Assembly (NCBI GenBank): GCA_964291295.2
Contig: OZ219754.1
Span: forward strand, 2,752,001 to 2,816,000
DNA from: an uncultured Candidatus Binatia bacterium
GTDB taxonomy: Bacteria > Desulfobacterota > Binatia > UBA9968 > JAJDTQ01
DNA: 64,000 nucleotides
Direction: 5' to 3'
Part shown: positions 29,856-39,254 of the stretch, one piece after another
Numbering within the stretch: the stretch's first letter is position 1
Layout of the letters: every line of letters starts with the position of its first letter
The notes under the pieces: generated by a model
What the model was told of the DNA's origin: nothing
Seen by the model: the letters and a program-made list of their open reading frames with translations, nothing else
The model's database searches: none
Translations under genes and position numbers: made by a program

Positions 29856-29899
29856 GCCACCGCAGGAAGCTCATCAAGACCGCCCCGCCGCTGGAAGCA
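29852..29899 (+). pseudogene. Probable N-terminal stub of a DUF1156 DNA methyltransferase
   Basis: ATGA overlap with the ParA stop; MSHRRKLIKTAPPLEA resembles the DUF1156 start xxKKLIEVALPLEA, and the similarity stops there. Confidence 0.5.
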
Positions 29900-30170
29900 C
29901 AGCCTCTTGTCCAGGGTACACGGCGTCTTGCCCGGGGCAAAGCGAGTCCAAAAGCGAGAAGCGATTCCAACGCACAGCGAGTCCGAAGCGGGGGTGTCGG
30001 GGGTCATCGGGAGAGGAGCGCGACGCTGCGAACCGGCGCATGGCGCCCGCCATGCGCCCCGGAGCGCCATCAGCCGTTTCGGGAAGATGGCCGCTCCCAT
30101 GGTGGCGCTGGTGGATGCCGCCGTCCTCGCCTGCCTGGAGGAGTTGCTCAGAAAGGGGTGACCGGCGAGT

Positions 30171-31022
30171 TCAGGGGTAGTAGATGTCGTGTCCGGGGAC
30201 GTAGCTCCGCTGGGTCTGGTTCGCATTCCGGTTCACCATGGTACGGCCCAGCATCGGATGGTACAGGCTCCGCACCTCGTGCTCGAGTTCGAAGACCTTC
30301 TCGCCGCTGGAGGGTTCCACGATGTCCCTGAAACGGTACTGGTGGGTGTTGCTCTCCTCCACGATCAGACCCCGGCGCAGCAGGAACCGGTGGGCGCGGG
30401 AGAAGTTGGCGATGTAGATGGCGATGTGATGGCCGTCGTATCGGGGGATCCGCGCGCCGGTCTCGGTGAAGACCAAGTGCTGGTTGCGGCCCACGTGGAC
30501 CGTTGCACGGCCGTCCCTGAAGGAGGCCGGCGCCTGCAGAACGGAACGGTAGAACCTGCCGATGGCCCGGGCGCTGCCGGTGGGGGTCAGGAACTCCACG
30601 TAGGGCATGCCGATGGTCATGTCGCCGAACTCCGGGCCGGCCGCGTGACAACGGAACCGGTTGCCCCAGGGCCCGGTGACCGCCACGTGGTCGCGCGCGT
30701 CGCGCCATCCGAAACGGGTTCCCTCCAGTTCCGGCGCCACCGCGGCCAGCCGCCGTTTCAGGGCTTCCAGGTCGGGAAGGACCAGGCCGATGTGCCCGGG
30801 GATCTTCTGGACCCCGCGGGTAGGCAGGTGGAACTGCTGCCCGCCGGCGTTGATCCACATGTTGTTGAGGCCCACGTTCATGTAGGGATCCCGGGTGAGC
30901 CCGAGCCCCAGGACGTAGAAGGCCACGGCCTTGGCCTGATCCGGGATGGTCACGTTGACATGCTCGAGGGCGACGACGTTGCCGAGATCTTCCGCCTTGC
31001 GATCGTAACCGTTGGTCGTCAT
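30171..31022 (-). CDS. VOC/glyoxalase-fold protein
   Basis: LEHVNVTIPDQ...FYVLGLGL, QFHLP, HIGL, HHIAIY, ELEHEVRS. Confidence 0.75.
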   Translation of the reverse strand: MTTNGYDRKAEDLGNVVALEHVNVTIPDQAKAVAFYVLGLGLTRDPYMNVGLNNMWINAGGQQFHLPTRGVQKIPGHIGLVLPDLEALKRRLAAVAPELEGTRFGWRDARDHVAVTGPWGNRFRCHAAGPEFGDMTIGMPYVEFLTPTGSARAIGRFYRSVLQAPASFRDGRATVHVGRNQHLVFTETGARIPRYDGHHIAIYIANFSRAHRFLLRRGLIVEESNTHQYRFRDIVEPSSGEKVFELEHEVRSLYHPMLGRTMVNRNANQTQRSYVPGHDIYYP

Positions 31023-31094
31023 CTCTACCTCCCCGTGCGCCCAATAGATCACCTGGGCGGGATATCCGCAATGCCAACCGTGGTGCGCCCGCTC

Positions 31095-32420
31095 CTACAG
31101 GGTCAGGGCAAAGTCTTCGATCAGCGCACCCGGCAGACGCACACTGCCGGTGGAACGGCGGCCGTATGAGTTCGAATCCGACAGCAGATCCACCTCCCGG
31201 GTCAGGGCCGCGAGATTGTCCCCCAGCATCCGGTACAACGTTTCGTCGAAGCGCATGACCCGTACCGGCGCCTGCACCTCGCAGTTCTCCACCCAGAAGG
31301 TGGCGAAGCGGGTCATGCCGGTGATGCGGCAGGCGTCCCGGTCGGAGTAGTTCAGGTACCAGAGGTTGTTGATGAAGATGCCGGTGCCCAGGGCCGCCAG
31401 AACGTCCTGCCGCGGCATCGAGCCCCCGGCCATGGTCAGCGATTCGGGAGACTCGCACCCGGCGGCGCCGTTGGCCGGAACGCCGTATTCCTTGGCGGCC
31501 CGCGCCGAGACCAGAGGTGTGCCCAACCTTCCCCGGTCCATGAGAGTGATGCGGTCGGGCTTGATGAAACCGGCGGCGTCGAAGTTGGCGGCAAGGCCCG
31601 CCCCCGTGTCTTCCACCATGTGCACCGACGAATCCAGCGCGGCGTCGCCGGTGAGCAGGCGGCGCAACGGCGTTCTCCGCGTCCGGTGGGCTGTCAGTCC
31701 GAACCCGCCCCAGCAAAGCAGTCCGACGATCGCCTCCAGGGCCTGCGGGGCCAGATAGACGCGGTAACGGCCCGGCTTCAGGGTGCGCGCGGGCCGGCGC
31801 AACGCCGCCAGGTCCGCCGCCGCCCGCGTGACTTTCCCGTCGAACTCCGCCGGGTCCCACACCAGACCGGCGTAGGCGCACTTCACCGCCTTGTCGCCGT
31901 CCAGATGGAAGCTCCAGTCAAAGTGGTGGCTGAAGGTGGAGAACCAGTTCCGCTGCCCCAGGGAGTTGGCGAAGCCCCGGTGGATACCGCCGGCCATGTA
32001 GATGCCCACGAGGTCCCGGCCCTTTCCCGCGTCGAGGATGGACTCCAGCACCTGCCCCTCGTCTTCGGCCAGGCGGTTGGGATGGCCGGACTCGCTGGAA
32101 CGGTTTTCCGCCGCGTAGTTGAGGAAAGGATCTTCCGGGACGAGTTCCAGCCTTTCGCGCCCGGCCTCCACCGCCTTCCGTATGCGTTCCCGATCCAGCC
32201 CGGCGGCGCCGGATACGGTTACGTCGACGGTGACCCGGCGCCGGCCGGCAATCAGATGGAGGGCGAGCTCCCGCTGCTCCACGGCGCCGGCCTGACGTAC
32301 CCTGCTGCGGTTGAAGCGGACGAAGCTGGACTCCTCGCCGGTGAAGCCCAGCAACAGCACCTCCCGGCCCTTCAACAGCGATTCGGCGAAGTCCGCCAAC
32401 TCGAAGAAGCAGCTCTGCAT
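31095..32420 (-). CDS. TldE/PmbA family protein
   Basis: RFNRSRVRQ, PGRYRVYLAP, LWYLNYSD, TGMTRFATFWVE; follows tldD. Confidence 0.9.
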   Translation of the reverse strand: MQSCFFELADFAESLLKGREVLLLGFTGEESSFVRFNRSRVRQAGAVEQRELALHLIAGRRRVTVDVTVSGAAGLDRERIRKAVEAGRERLELVPEDPFLNYAAENRSSESGHPNRLAEDEGQVLESILDAGKGRDLVGIYMAGGIHRGFANSLGQRNWFSTFSHHFDWSFHLDGDKAVKCAYAGLVWDPAEFDGKVTRAAADLAALRRPARTLKPGRYRVYLAPQALEAIVGLLCWGGFGLTAHRTRRTPLRRLLTGDAALDSSVHMVEDTGAGLAANFDAAGFIKPDRITLMDRGRLGTPLVSARAAKEYGVPANGAAGCESPESLTMAGGSMPRQDVLAALGTGIFINNLWYLNYSDRDACRITGMTRFATFWVENCEVQAPVRVMRFDETLYRMLGDNLAALTREVDLLSDSNSYGRRSTGSVRLPGALIEDFALTL

Positions 32421-32427
32421 TGCCCGC

Positions 32428-33876
32428 TCAGGACTCTCCGCCGAAGACCTGGACGCCGGCGAACACGCATGCGGGCGCGGTGTGCCCGACGCGGATCACC
32501 TGGTTCGGCTCGCCCTTGCCGCAGAACGGCGTACCCAGCACCTCGCGGGTCGCGGGATTGCCGACGCGGCGCAGACTGCGCCAGAAGGTGGCGGAGACGC
32601 CGCGGTAGTTGGGTTTCCGGACCACCTCCCGCAACGCGCCGTCTCGTATCAGGGTGCCGCGCTCACAGCCGAACTGGAACTTGTTGCGCGAGTCGTCGAT
32701 GGACCAGGAGCAGTTGGTCTGCATGAAGACCCCGCGCTCGATGGAGCGGACCATCTCCTCGAAGGTGGCGTCTCCCGGCTCCAGATTGAGGTTGGCCATG
32801 CGGTCGATGGGCGGCCGGTTCCAGCTTCGGGCGCGGGAACCGGCCACTCCCGCAAGGCCGCTGCGCTGCTGGGACAGGTGCCCGCCCAGGCCGCGCAGGA
32901 GCACACCGTCCCTGATGATGTATTCCCGGTGCGCGGGCAGTCCCTCGTCATCGAAGCCGTAGCTGGCAAACTGTGCCGGGTTGGTGGGATCGAAGGTGAC
33001 ATTCAGGAGCTCCGATCCGTAGCGGTAGCTGCCGAACATGTCGGGGGTGACGAAGCTGGTGCCCGCGTAGTTGCGTTCGTCGCCGAGGATCCGGTCCAGT
33101 TCCAGCGGATGGCCGATGGACTCGTGGAGCTGGAGAATGAGCTGGTCCGGGGCCAACAGGAGATCCATGGTTCCGCCGGGACAGTTGGGCGCGGCCAGAA
33201 GTTCCAGGGCTTCCTCGGCCAGAACCGGAGCCGCGTCGTGGAAACCGGTCTGGTCCAGCACCTCCAGCCCTCCTTGGCGGCAGAAGCCGCGCCCGCCAAA
33301 GGTGCGGCTCACCGTTTCCGTACCGTCATTGGCGGTACAGGCCAGGTTCGGGACCACCTGCTCCAGGGTCTGGTGCACGCGGGCGCCGCCGGCGGTTACA
33401 TGGAGGGTCTCGGTTTCCGAGCGCCACAACGACGCGTCCCAGTCCACGATGCGGGGGTCGGCGTGCAGCCGCTCGCCTTCGACACGCAGGAGATCGATCT
33501 TGTCGCGCAGCGGCACGGAGTCCCACGGAACCGCCACCGGAGTACGGTAATCGCCCCGTCGTATCTCCCGGCACATTGCCAGGGAAAAGTCCGTCAGGCT
33601 GTGCGTCGCCGTCCGTGCCGCCCAGCCCCGCGCGCGCTCCAGCGCCCGCTGAAGCCCTTGCGGGCTCAGGTCGCAGGTGCCCGAGTAGCCGAGCCCGCCG
33701 CCGTCCGCCACCGTGATCATCACGCCGGCATCGTCCCCGGACACCACCGGCTCCACCACGCCGCGCCGCACGCCGAGCCTCTCGAAACGCTCGCCGACGT
33801 AACGGAGCGAGCAGAAGCCGGCACCGGGTGCGGCCTTGCGGAACCATGCTTCAAGCGCTTCTGGCAGACTCGACAC
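32428..33876 (-). CDS. tldD: TldD family metalloprotease
   Basis: LHESIGHPLELDR (HExxxH), FDDEG, PIDRMANLNL, CGKGEP. Confidence 0.92.
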   Translation of the reverse strand: MSSLPEALEAWFRKAAPGAGFCSLRYVGERFERLGVRRGVVEPVVSGDDAGVMITVADGGGLGYSGTCDLSPQGLQRALERARGWAARTATHSLTDFSLAMCREIRRGDYRTPVAVPWDSVPLRDKIDLLRVEGERLHADPRIVDWDASLWRSETETLHVTAGGARVHQTLEQVVPNLACTANDGTETVSRTFGGRGFCRQGGLEVLDQTGFHDAAPVLAEEALELLAAPNCPGGTMDLLLAPDQLILQLHESIGHPLELDRILGDERNYAGTSFVTPDMFGSYRYGSELLNVTFDPTNPAQFASYGFDDEGLPAHREYIIRDGVLLRGLGGHLSQQRSGLAGVAGSRARSWNRPPIDRMANLNLEPGDATFEEMVRSIERGVFMQTNCSWSIDDSRNKFQFGCERGTLIRDGALREVVRKPNYRGVSATFWRSLRRVGNPATREVLGTPFCGKGEPNQVIRVGHTAPACVFAGVQVFGGES

Positions 33877-33971
33877 GATGTCCTCCTCCGATCAACCTAT
33901 ACCATGAAAACCGCTCCTGACGCGCGAAACGGAGTCCGGTCCGGCGGACGGCGACCCTTGGAGTGAATTGA

Positions 33972-34001
33972 TTGACCCGTGATGGCGATGACCCCTATAG
34001 T
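33972..34001 (+). promoter_or_regulatory. Putative sigma70 promoter upstream of the TerB-family gene
   Basis: TTGACC-N18-TATAGT. Confidence 0.5.
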
Positions 34002-34225
34002 GTCGGCAACCGACGAGGCCCTTGCCGGGGATGTCCGGCAACGAAGGGCCGGCAACGAAACCGTCCCGTCTTGACCCACCGAGGCTGATCCATGAACTGT
34101 TGCAGCACCCGCGCCGTTCGGCGCAGCCGCTCCGGCGCCGGCACTTGGGAGACCACCCGCCCGGCCGACAAGTGGAACAAATGGAGGGACTGTCCGGTGC
34201 GGCTCCTCAAGGGTGCGGCCCGGTA

Positions 34226-34690
34226 ATGCTGCGGGCCATCCAGCGGTTCTTCGACAGCCGCATCGACCCCGGCCACGGCGACGTCCGGCAATCGGACCGC
34301 CACCGGTTGCAGGTGGCCACCGGCGCGTTGCTGATCGAGATGATGCGCACGGACGCGGAGGCCACCGAAGGCGAACGCGCGGTGGTGCTGGCGGCGTTGC
34401 GGAGCAAGTTCGACCTCACCGACGAAGAAACCCGTGAGTTGGTGAAACTGGCCGAGGTCGAAGCCCGCGACGCCATCGATCACTACCAGTTCACATCTCT
34501 CATCAAGACGGCCTTCTCCCGGGAGCAGAAGTGCAAGGTGGTGGAATACCTTTGGGCCGTGGCCTACGCGGACAAGAACGTCGACAAGCACGAAGAATAC
34601 CTGGTGCGAAAGATCGCCGGCCTCATCGGCGTTTCACACAAGGAATTCATCGAGGCAAAGCTGCGGGTCCGGGACGCGCGCACCGCCTGA
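34226..34690 (+). CDS. TerB family protein
   Basis: LQVATGALLIEMMRTD, YQFTSLI, LWAVAYAD...EEYLVRKIAGL. Confidence 0.88.
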   Translation: MLRAIQRFFDSRIDPGHGDVRQSDRHRLQVATGALLIEMMRTDAEATEGERAVVLAALRSKFDLTDEETRELVKLAEVEARDAIDHYQFTSLIKTAFSREQKCKVVEYLWAVAYADKNVDKHEEYLVRKIAGLIGVSHKEFIEAKLRVRDARTA

Positions 34691-34751
34691 GTCCGGCAGG
34701 GTCGGTCCCGCACCATCCGCCGGCGGAGACCACCTTCCGGACCAACACGCC

Positions 34752-35093
34752 TCAAGGCAGCCTGCCCAGCCTCAACGGCAGCGGCGTGCCCAGCCACAGC
34801 GAGCGGTCCTGGTGGTCGCCCCGGTGCTCTCCGGTATCGGGATGGACCAGGATGTCCAGGTCTTCCCGGTTGAGCATCAGCCACGGCACCACCCGGGCGA
34901 ACTCGTCGGGCGCGAAGGCGACCTGATACATGGCCTTGGCGTGAGGGCCCACCGGCACATCGTGCCAGCGCCCCAGCACGACGTCGAAGCGGGAACCCAG
35001 GCCTTGGCGCACCCGGTCCGCGACCTCACGGGTGGCGGGGTCGTAGTAGACGTGAGCGTGATAGCCGGCAATCTTCGATGGCTGTTTCGACAT
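34752..35093 (-). CDS. DOPA 4,5-dioxygenase family protein
   Basis: YHAHVYY, PVGPH, WLMLNR, LVHPDTG...DH...WLG. Confidence 0.88.
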   Translation of the reverse strand: MSKQPSKIAGYHAHVYYDPATREVADRVRQGLGSRFDVVLGRWHDVPVGPHAKAMYQVAFAPDEFARVVPWLMLNREDLDILVHPDTGEHRGDHQDRSLWLGTPLPLRLGRLP

Positions 35094-35200
35094 GGTATGG
35101 TCTCGGTCGGTTCCCCTGGGGCGGGTCAAGGCCCATGACACTATGCCCATGACAAGGGCTCCCCTTGGCAGAGGAAACCCTCATGACAAAGCCCCATGAC

Positions 35201-35233
35201 AAAGCGGGCTCTCCTCCGTTTGGAGAGCCCGCT
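35201..35233 (-). terminator. Putative intrinsic terminator on the minus strand
   Basis: GCGGGCTCTCC-7 nt loop-GGAGAGCCCGC followed by a short T run (TTTGT). Confidence 0.55.
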
Positions 35234-35614
35234 CCCGGCGTGCATCAACGCCGGTACGAACTGTCTGTTTTTTTCCGTGGCTCCGCGGTGTCGGCTCATC
35301 CGGGATCGGTCTTCCGGGAGGGGAGCCCCCTCCTCCGCTGCTTTCCTGTCCCCTGAAGTCGCGGCGTGCCTGGCGGCTTGCCGCTGTGTTGTCCAACACT
35401 CGAGTCGGGACGGTCAGCCGATGGACCGCGTACGGCGAAACCCCGGGAACCAGCCTGCCCGCCTTTCACGGGCGTTCATTGTCGGGCGGAGTGGTTTTTG
35501 TCATCGGACACCTCCCGGAGTCAGGATGACCGAGGCGATGACCCCGAATCGCTCACATCGAATCGCCGATCCAGTGCGCTCGACCCACGCCTCGTGCCCG
35601 TTCGCGAACAAGGC
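35201..35614 (-). ncRNA. Candidate structured sRNA or attenuating leader (unclassified)
   Basis: Bounded by a near-consensus promoter and a terminator hairpin, with many short hairpins and only a 12-codon uORF; matches no RNA family I recognise. Confidence 0.4.
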
Positions 35615-35620
35615 CATTCA

Positions 35621-35658
35621 AGTCTAGTGCCGCTCCGCACCGGTTGTCAAGAAAAAAA
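35621..35658 (-). promoter_or_regulatory. Near-consensus sigma70 promoter with upstream T-tract
   Basis: Minus strand reads TTTTTTTC-TTGACA-N18-TAGACT. Confidence 0.65.
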
Positions 35659-35751
35659 TGCCGCGCGGGAGATATCGGCGGAAGACAGCGTTGAACGGCA
35701 ACGACAGGCCTGCTATGGGTACGCAGCAATTGTCGAACCACACGAGAGGAG

Positions 35752-37272
35752 ATGATGGCAAACGACCCGGATGTGATCGTGGTGGGAGGCGGCTCGGCGG
35801 GTTGTGTAGCCGCGGCGCGCCTGTCCGAGGACCCGAAGCGGAGGGTTCTGCTGCTGGAGGCCGGACCCGACCCGCAGCCAATCCCCGAGCTGGTGGCCGT
35901 GGCCGCCGAACGCGTACGCCTGCTGCTCGAAACGCCCTACCTCAACATGTACCCCACCGAGCGCAAGCTGGATGGAAGCATCTTCTATTCCCTCGCCGGA
36001 AAGATCATGGGCGGCGGTTCCTCGGTAAACGTGATGTCGGTCATCCGTCCCATCAAGGCCGACATGGATGCGTGGGTGGCGGCCGGCAACCCCGGGTGGT
36101 CGTGGGAGCGCGTGGTGCCGTACCTCAAACGCATCGAAAACGATCGGGACCATCCCGGCAGCCCCGACCACGGTCACGGCGGGCCGCTCTATTTCGAACG
36201 GCACTACCGCTTCGGCCAGGAAGTCCCCAAGCCGGTACAGACCTTCATGGACGCGGCCCGCAGTCTGGGGCTGCCGGAAAGCGATGTGAACGATCCGAAT
36301 CCGTTCGGGGTCTGCACGTCACCGTTCAACATCAGGGACGGCATGCGCCAGTCGACCACGACAGCCTATCTGGACGCGGCCCGGGGCCGGCCCAATCTCA
36401 CGGTCATCGCCGAAGCCCCGGTCGTGTCGCTCTCCTTGTCGGGCAACCACGTCACGGGCGTGCACTACGAGAAAGACCGCCAGCGGAAAACCGCGGTCGG
36501 AGCCGAGGTGCTGCTGACCGCCGGCGCATTCCACAGCCCCCACATCCTCATGCTCTCGGGCATCGGTCCGGCGGCAGAGTTGCAACGGCACGGCATCGAA
36601 GTGCGTTACCACCGGCCCGGCGTGGGCGAGAATTATCAGGACCACGCCATGCTGCACATGGGCTTCGAGGGGCGCGGCACCTTCGACGTGGACTGGGTGG
36701 TGCCGCCCTTCCGTCTCATCACCAAGAGCGATCCGTCACGGGAGACCGGGGACTTCCATATCTTCATGCGCCCTCCCACGGTGCTGGAGGGCGTGGGCCG
36801 CACATTGAACATCTCGGCCGCACTGCTGGAGCAGCGCAACCGCGGCCGGGTGTTCCTCAGAAGCGCCGACCCGCACGAACTGCCGGGGGTGGACGCCCGG
36901 ATGCTGGAAGACCCGGGCGACATCACCGCCATGGTGGCCGCCATGGAGTTTCTGGAGTTGCTGACCCGGACCGGAGACATGCCCGAGTTCTACGGGCCGC
37001 CGATCCAGCCCCGGCGCGGCCAGGACTGGAGCCGGTTCGCGCGCACGGCCTTCGACAGCTATCACCACGCCGCCGGCACCTGTCTCATGGGACCGGCGTC
37101 CAACGCCATGAGCGTGGTGGACGAGGAACTGCGGGTTCACGGCATCGACAACCTGCGGGTGGCCGACGCCTCCATCATGCCTGCCGTCACGCACGCCAAC
37201 ACCAATGTGACCTGCATGATGATCGGCGAGCGGGCCGCGGACTTCATCAAGGGTGGTTCGGGAGGCTGCTGA
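35752..37272 (+). CDS. GMC family oxidoreductase
   Basis: DVIVVGGGSAGCVAAARLSE, GKIMGGGSSVN, LMLSGIGP, GVGENYQDH, YHHAAGTC, LRVADASIMP. Confidence 0.94.
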   Translation: MMANDPDVIVVGGGSAGCVAAARLSEDPKRRVLLLEAGPDPQPIPELVAVAAERVRLLLETPYLNMYPTERKLDGSIFYSLAGKIMGGGSSVNVMSVIRPIKADMDAWVAAGNPGWSWERVVPYLKRIENDRDHPGSPDHGHGGPLYFERHYRFGQEVPKPVQTFMDAARSLGLPESDVNDPNPFGVCTSPFNIRDGMRQSTTTAYLDAARGRPNLTVIAEAPVVSLSLSGNHVTGVHYEKDRQRKTAVGAEVLLTAGAFHSPHILMLSGIGPAAELQRHGIEVRYHRPGVGENYQDHAMLHMGFEGRGTFDVDWVVPPFRLITKSDPSRETGDFHIFMRPPTVLEGVGRTLNISAALLEQRNRGRVFLRSADPHELPGVDARMLEDPGDITAMVAAMEFLELLTRTGDMPEFYGPPIQPRRGQDWSRFARTAFDSYHHAAGTCLMGPASNAMSVVDEELRVHGIDNLRVADASIMPAVTHANTNVTCMMIGERAADFIKGGSGGC

Positions 37273-37315
37273 GGCGCGCGGCCGTCGGAGTCAGAAGCGC
37301 CGCATCAGTGCCGCT

Positions 37316-37573
37316 TCAGCGCTTGAGCAGCGCGTCGAGCCGGCCGTCGGCATCCATGGCCCGCAGTTCGTCGTAGCCGCCGACGAGACTGCCGTTGATG
37401 AAGATCTCCGGAACGGTCCATCTGCCTTCGGAGCGCTCCCGCATCTCTTCCTGTCTGCCGGGATCCCGTTCGACGTCGAACTCCATGAACTCCTGCCCCT
37501 TTTGCGCCAGCAGACGCTTGGCCATGCGACAGTACGGACACCAGGACTTGCTGTAGATCTCGATGGTGGCCAT
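37316..37573 (-). CDS. grxC: Glutaredoxin 3
   Basis: WCPYC, TVPEIFI, VGGYDEL. Confidence 0.92.
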   Translation of the reverse strand: MATIEIYSKSWCPYCRMAKRLLAQKGQEFMEFDVERDPGRQEEMRERSEGRWTVPEIFINGSLVGGYDELRAMDADGRLDALLKR

Positions 37574-37604
37574 GGATGATGGATCGACCCGCCCGGGCCG
37601 TTGC

Positions 37605-38027
37605 TCACGAGCCTCCCGGGGAGCCGGCCAGCTCGAACACCGGCAGCTTGATGTCGGGGTCTTCAGTCTCCATGAACGTGACGGTCACGGGTGCGCCGGA
37701 AGTCACCTGGTCACGGTTCGCACCCACGATGCGCGTCACCATGCGAACGCCCTCATCCAGTTCCACCTCCGCGACATGAATGGGCACCTCGTCCATGAAC
37801 GCACGGTTTCGGGGCACGCGGCAGAGCGAAAACGTGTGCACCCGGCCCTTGCCGCTCACCGGCGCCCACTCCAGGTCATGGCCGAGACAGGCCGTGCAGA
37901 CGGCGCGGGGAAAGAACTGGAGCACGCCGCAGGAGCGGCATTTCTGAAGCCGCAATTCACCTTTGGCGGCCGCTTCCCAGAATCCGCGGTCGATGGCGTT
38001 GACAACGGGTAGACTCTTGCCGGCCAT
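37605..38027 (-). CDS. Zn-ribbon/OB-fold (DUF35) protein
   Basis: FWEAA, QKCRSCG...PRAVCTAC, VELDEGVRM; coupled to the thiolase stop (TAATG). Confidence 0.9.
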   Translation of the reverse strand: MAGKSLPVVNAIDRGFWEAAAKGELRLQKCRSCGVLQFFPRAVCTACLGHDLEWAPVSGKGRVHTFSLCRVPRNRAFMDEVPIHVAEVELDEGVRMVTRIVGANRDQVTSGAPVTVTFMETEDPDIKLPVFELAGSPGGS

Positions 38028-39178
38028 TACCATCTCCTTTCCAGGATCAGCGCCGCCGTGGTGTTGAGATTGCGCGCGTAGGACAGCCAGCCGATGCCGG
38101 TCACCAAGGCGGTTTCGCAGGACTGGACCTGCCGTTCTCCGGCCTCGCCGCGCAACTGCCGCAGGGCTTCCACGACGTGCAGCATGCCCCCGGCCAGGCC
38201 CGCCTGCCCCACGGAGAGCTCGCCGCCGCCGGTGTTCACCGGGAAATCGCCCCCGAAGGTCAGGTCGTGGTCGTCCACGAACTGCCCGCCGTCGCCCTTG
38301 GCACAGTAGCCCAGGTCCTCGATCTGCATCATGACCGCGATGGGATAATCGTCGTAGATGGCCAGGAGATCGACGTTGTCGCGGCTCATCTCCGAGAACA
38401 GGCGCTCCCCCACCACGCTCATGCCCGTGACGGTCTTGTCCGGCAGCATGTTGGCGGCCTGGAAGCCGATTTTCTCGGCGTCGGTCACGAGATACACCGG
38501 CTTGTCGGTGATCTGCCTTGCGCGTTCTTCGGAAGCCACCACCACACATTCGCCGCCGGAACAGGGCATGACACAGTCGAAGAGCCGGATGGGATCGGAG
38601 ATCAGCCGTGAGCCGACGTAGTCCTCGATGCTCATGGGCGTCCGCAGCAGCGCCTGGGGATTGGGGCCGGCATTGTGCCGCTGGCTCACGGCGATCTTGC
38701 CGATCTGCTCCAGGGTGGTGCCGTACGCCTCCATGTGCCGGCGCTGCACCAGCGCGAACAGCGTGTTGGGACCGCCGTAGCCGTAGACGTCCACATAGTT
38801 GGCCCGCTGGTACTCCAGCACCCGCTGGTGCGACACGTTCCTGTCAAAAGCGTTGCCGGCCACGATGAACGCCACGTCCAGATAACCCGCCTCGATGGCG
38901 TCCGCCGCGCGCCGTATGGCACACACCGCGCCGGCCCCGCCGCAGTCGCCGTTCAGTACCCAGTCCAGTTCCAGACCCAACTGCTCAGCCACGTAGGGCG
39001 AGTAGTCCGGGCTTGCCTGGGTCACCATGGAGAACCCGTGGATCTCCTTCTTGGTAATGCCGGTCTGGACCATGGCATTGTGCATCGCCTCGGCGTAGTA
39101 GGACAGCAGCGGGCGGTCGGACTTGCGCGAGTACTCCGTCGAGCCGTAACCGACCAGGCAAACCTTCTTTCTCAGCAT
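38027..39178 (-). CDS. Thiolase-like protein (SCP-x/Ltp2 type)
   Basis: DPIRLFDC, IYDDYP, PVNTGGGEL, EALRQLRGEAGERQV. Confidence 0.9.
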   Translation of the reverse strand: MLRKKVCLVGYGSTEYSRKSDRPLLSYYAEAMHNAMVQTGITKKEIHGFSMVTQASPDYSPYVAEQLGLELDWVLNGDCGGAGAVCAIRRAADAIEAGYLDVAFIVAGNAFDRNVSHQRVLEYQRANYVDVYGYGGPNTLFALVQRRHMEAYGTTLEQIGKIAVSQRHNAGPNPQALLRTPMSIEDYVGSRLISDPIRLFDCVMPCSGGECVVVASEERARQITDKPVYLVTDAEKIGFQAANMLPDKTVTGMSVVGERLFSEMSRDNVDLLAIYDDYPIAVMMQIEDLGYCAKGDGGQFVDDHDLTFGGDFPVNTGGGELSVGQAGLAGGMLHVVEALRQLRGEAGERQVQSCETALVTGIGWLSYARNLNTTAALILERRW

Positions 39179-39254
39179 GGCGACTTTCCCTCCGCGCACA
39201 GGGCTTCGAGACGAACGGGCCTTCGAAACGAATCTCCAAGGCGAATCCCGAAGG

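Noticed and set aside
29907-30161. ORF ending FGKMAAPMVALVDAAVLACLEELLRKG
   Set aside because: Only the last ~27 codons look protein-like; cannot be assigned.
35181-35504. Selenocysteine read-through of the uORF TGA into the in-frame ORF ending at 35181
   Set aside because: The extended product is low-complexity with no redox motif and runs through the terminator hairpin.
33984-35545. Identical 12-mer GGCGATGACCCC at about 33984 and 35534; possible fluoride riboswitch
   Set aside because: The rest of the riboswitch consensus is missing, and one 12-mer match in GC-rich DNA can be chance.
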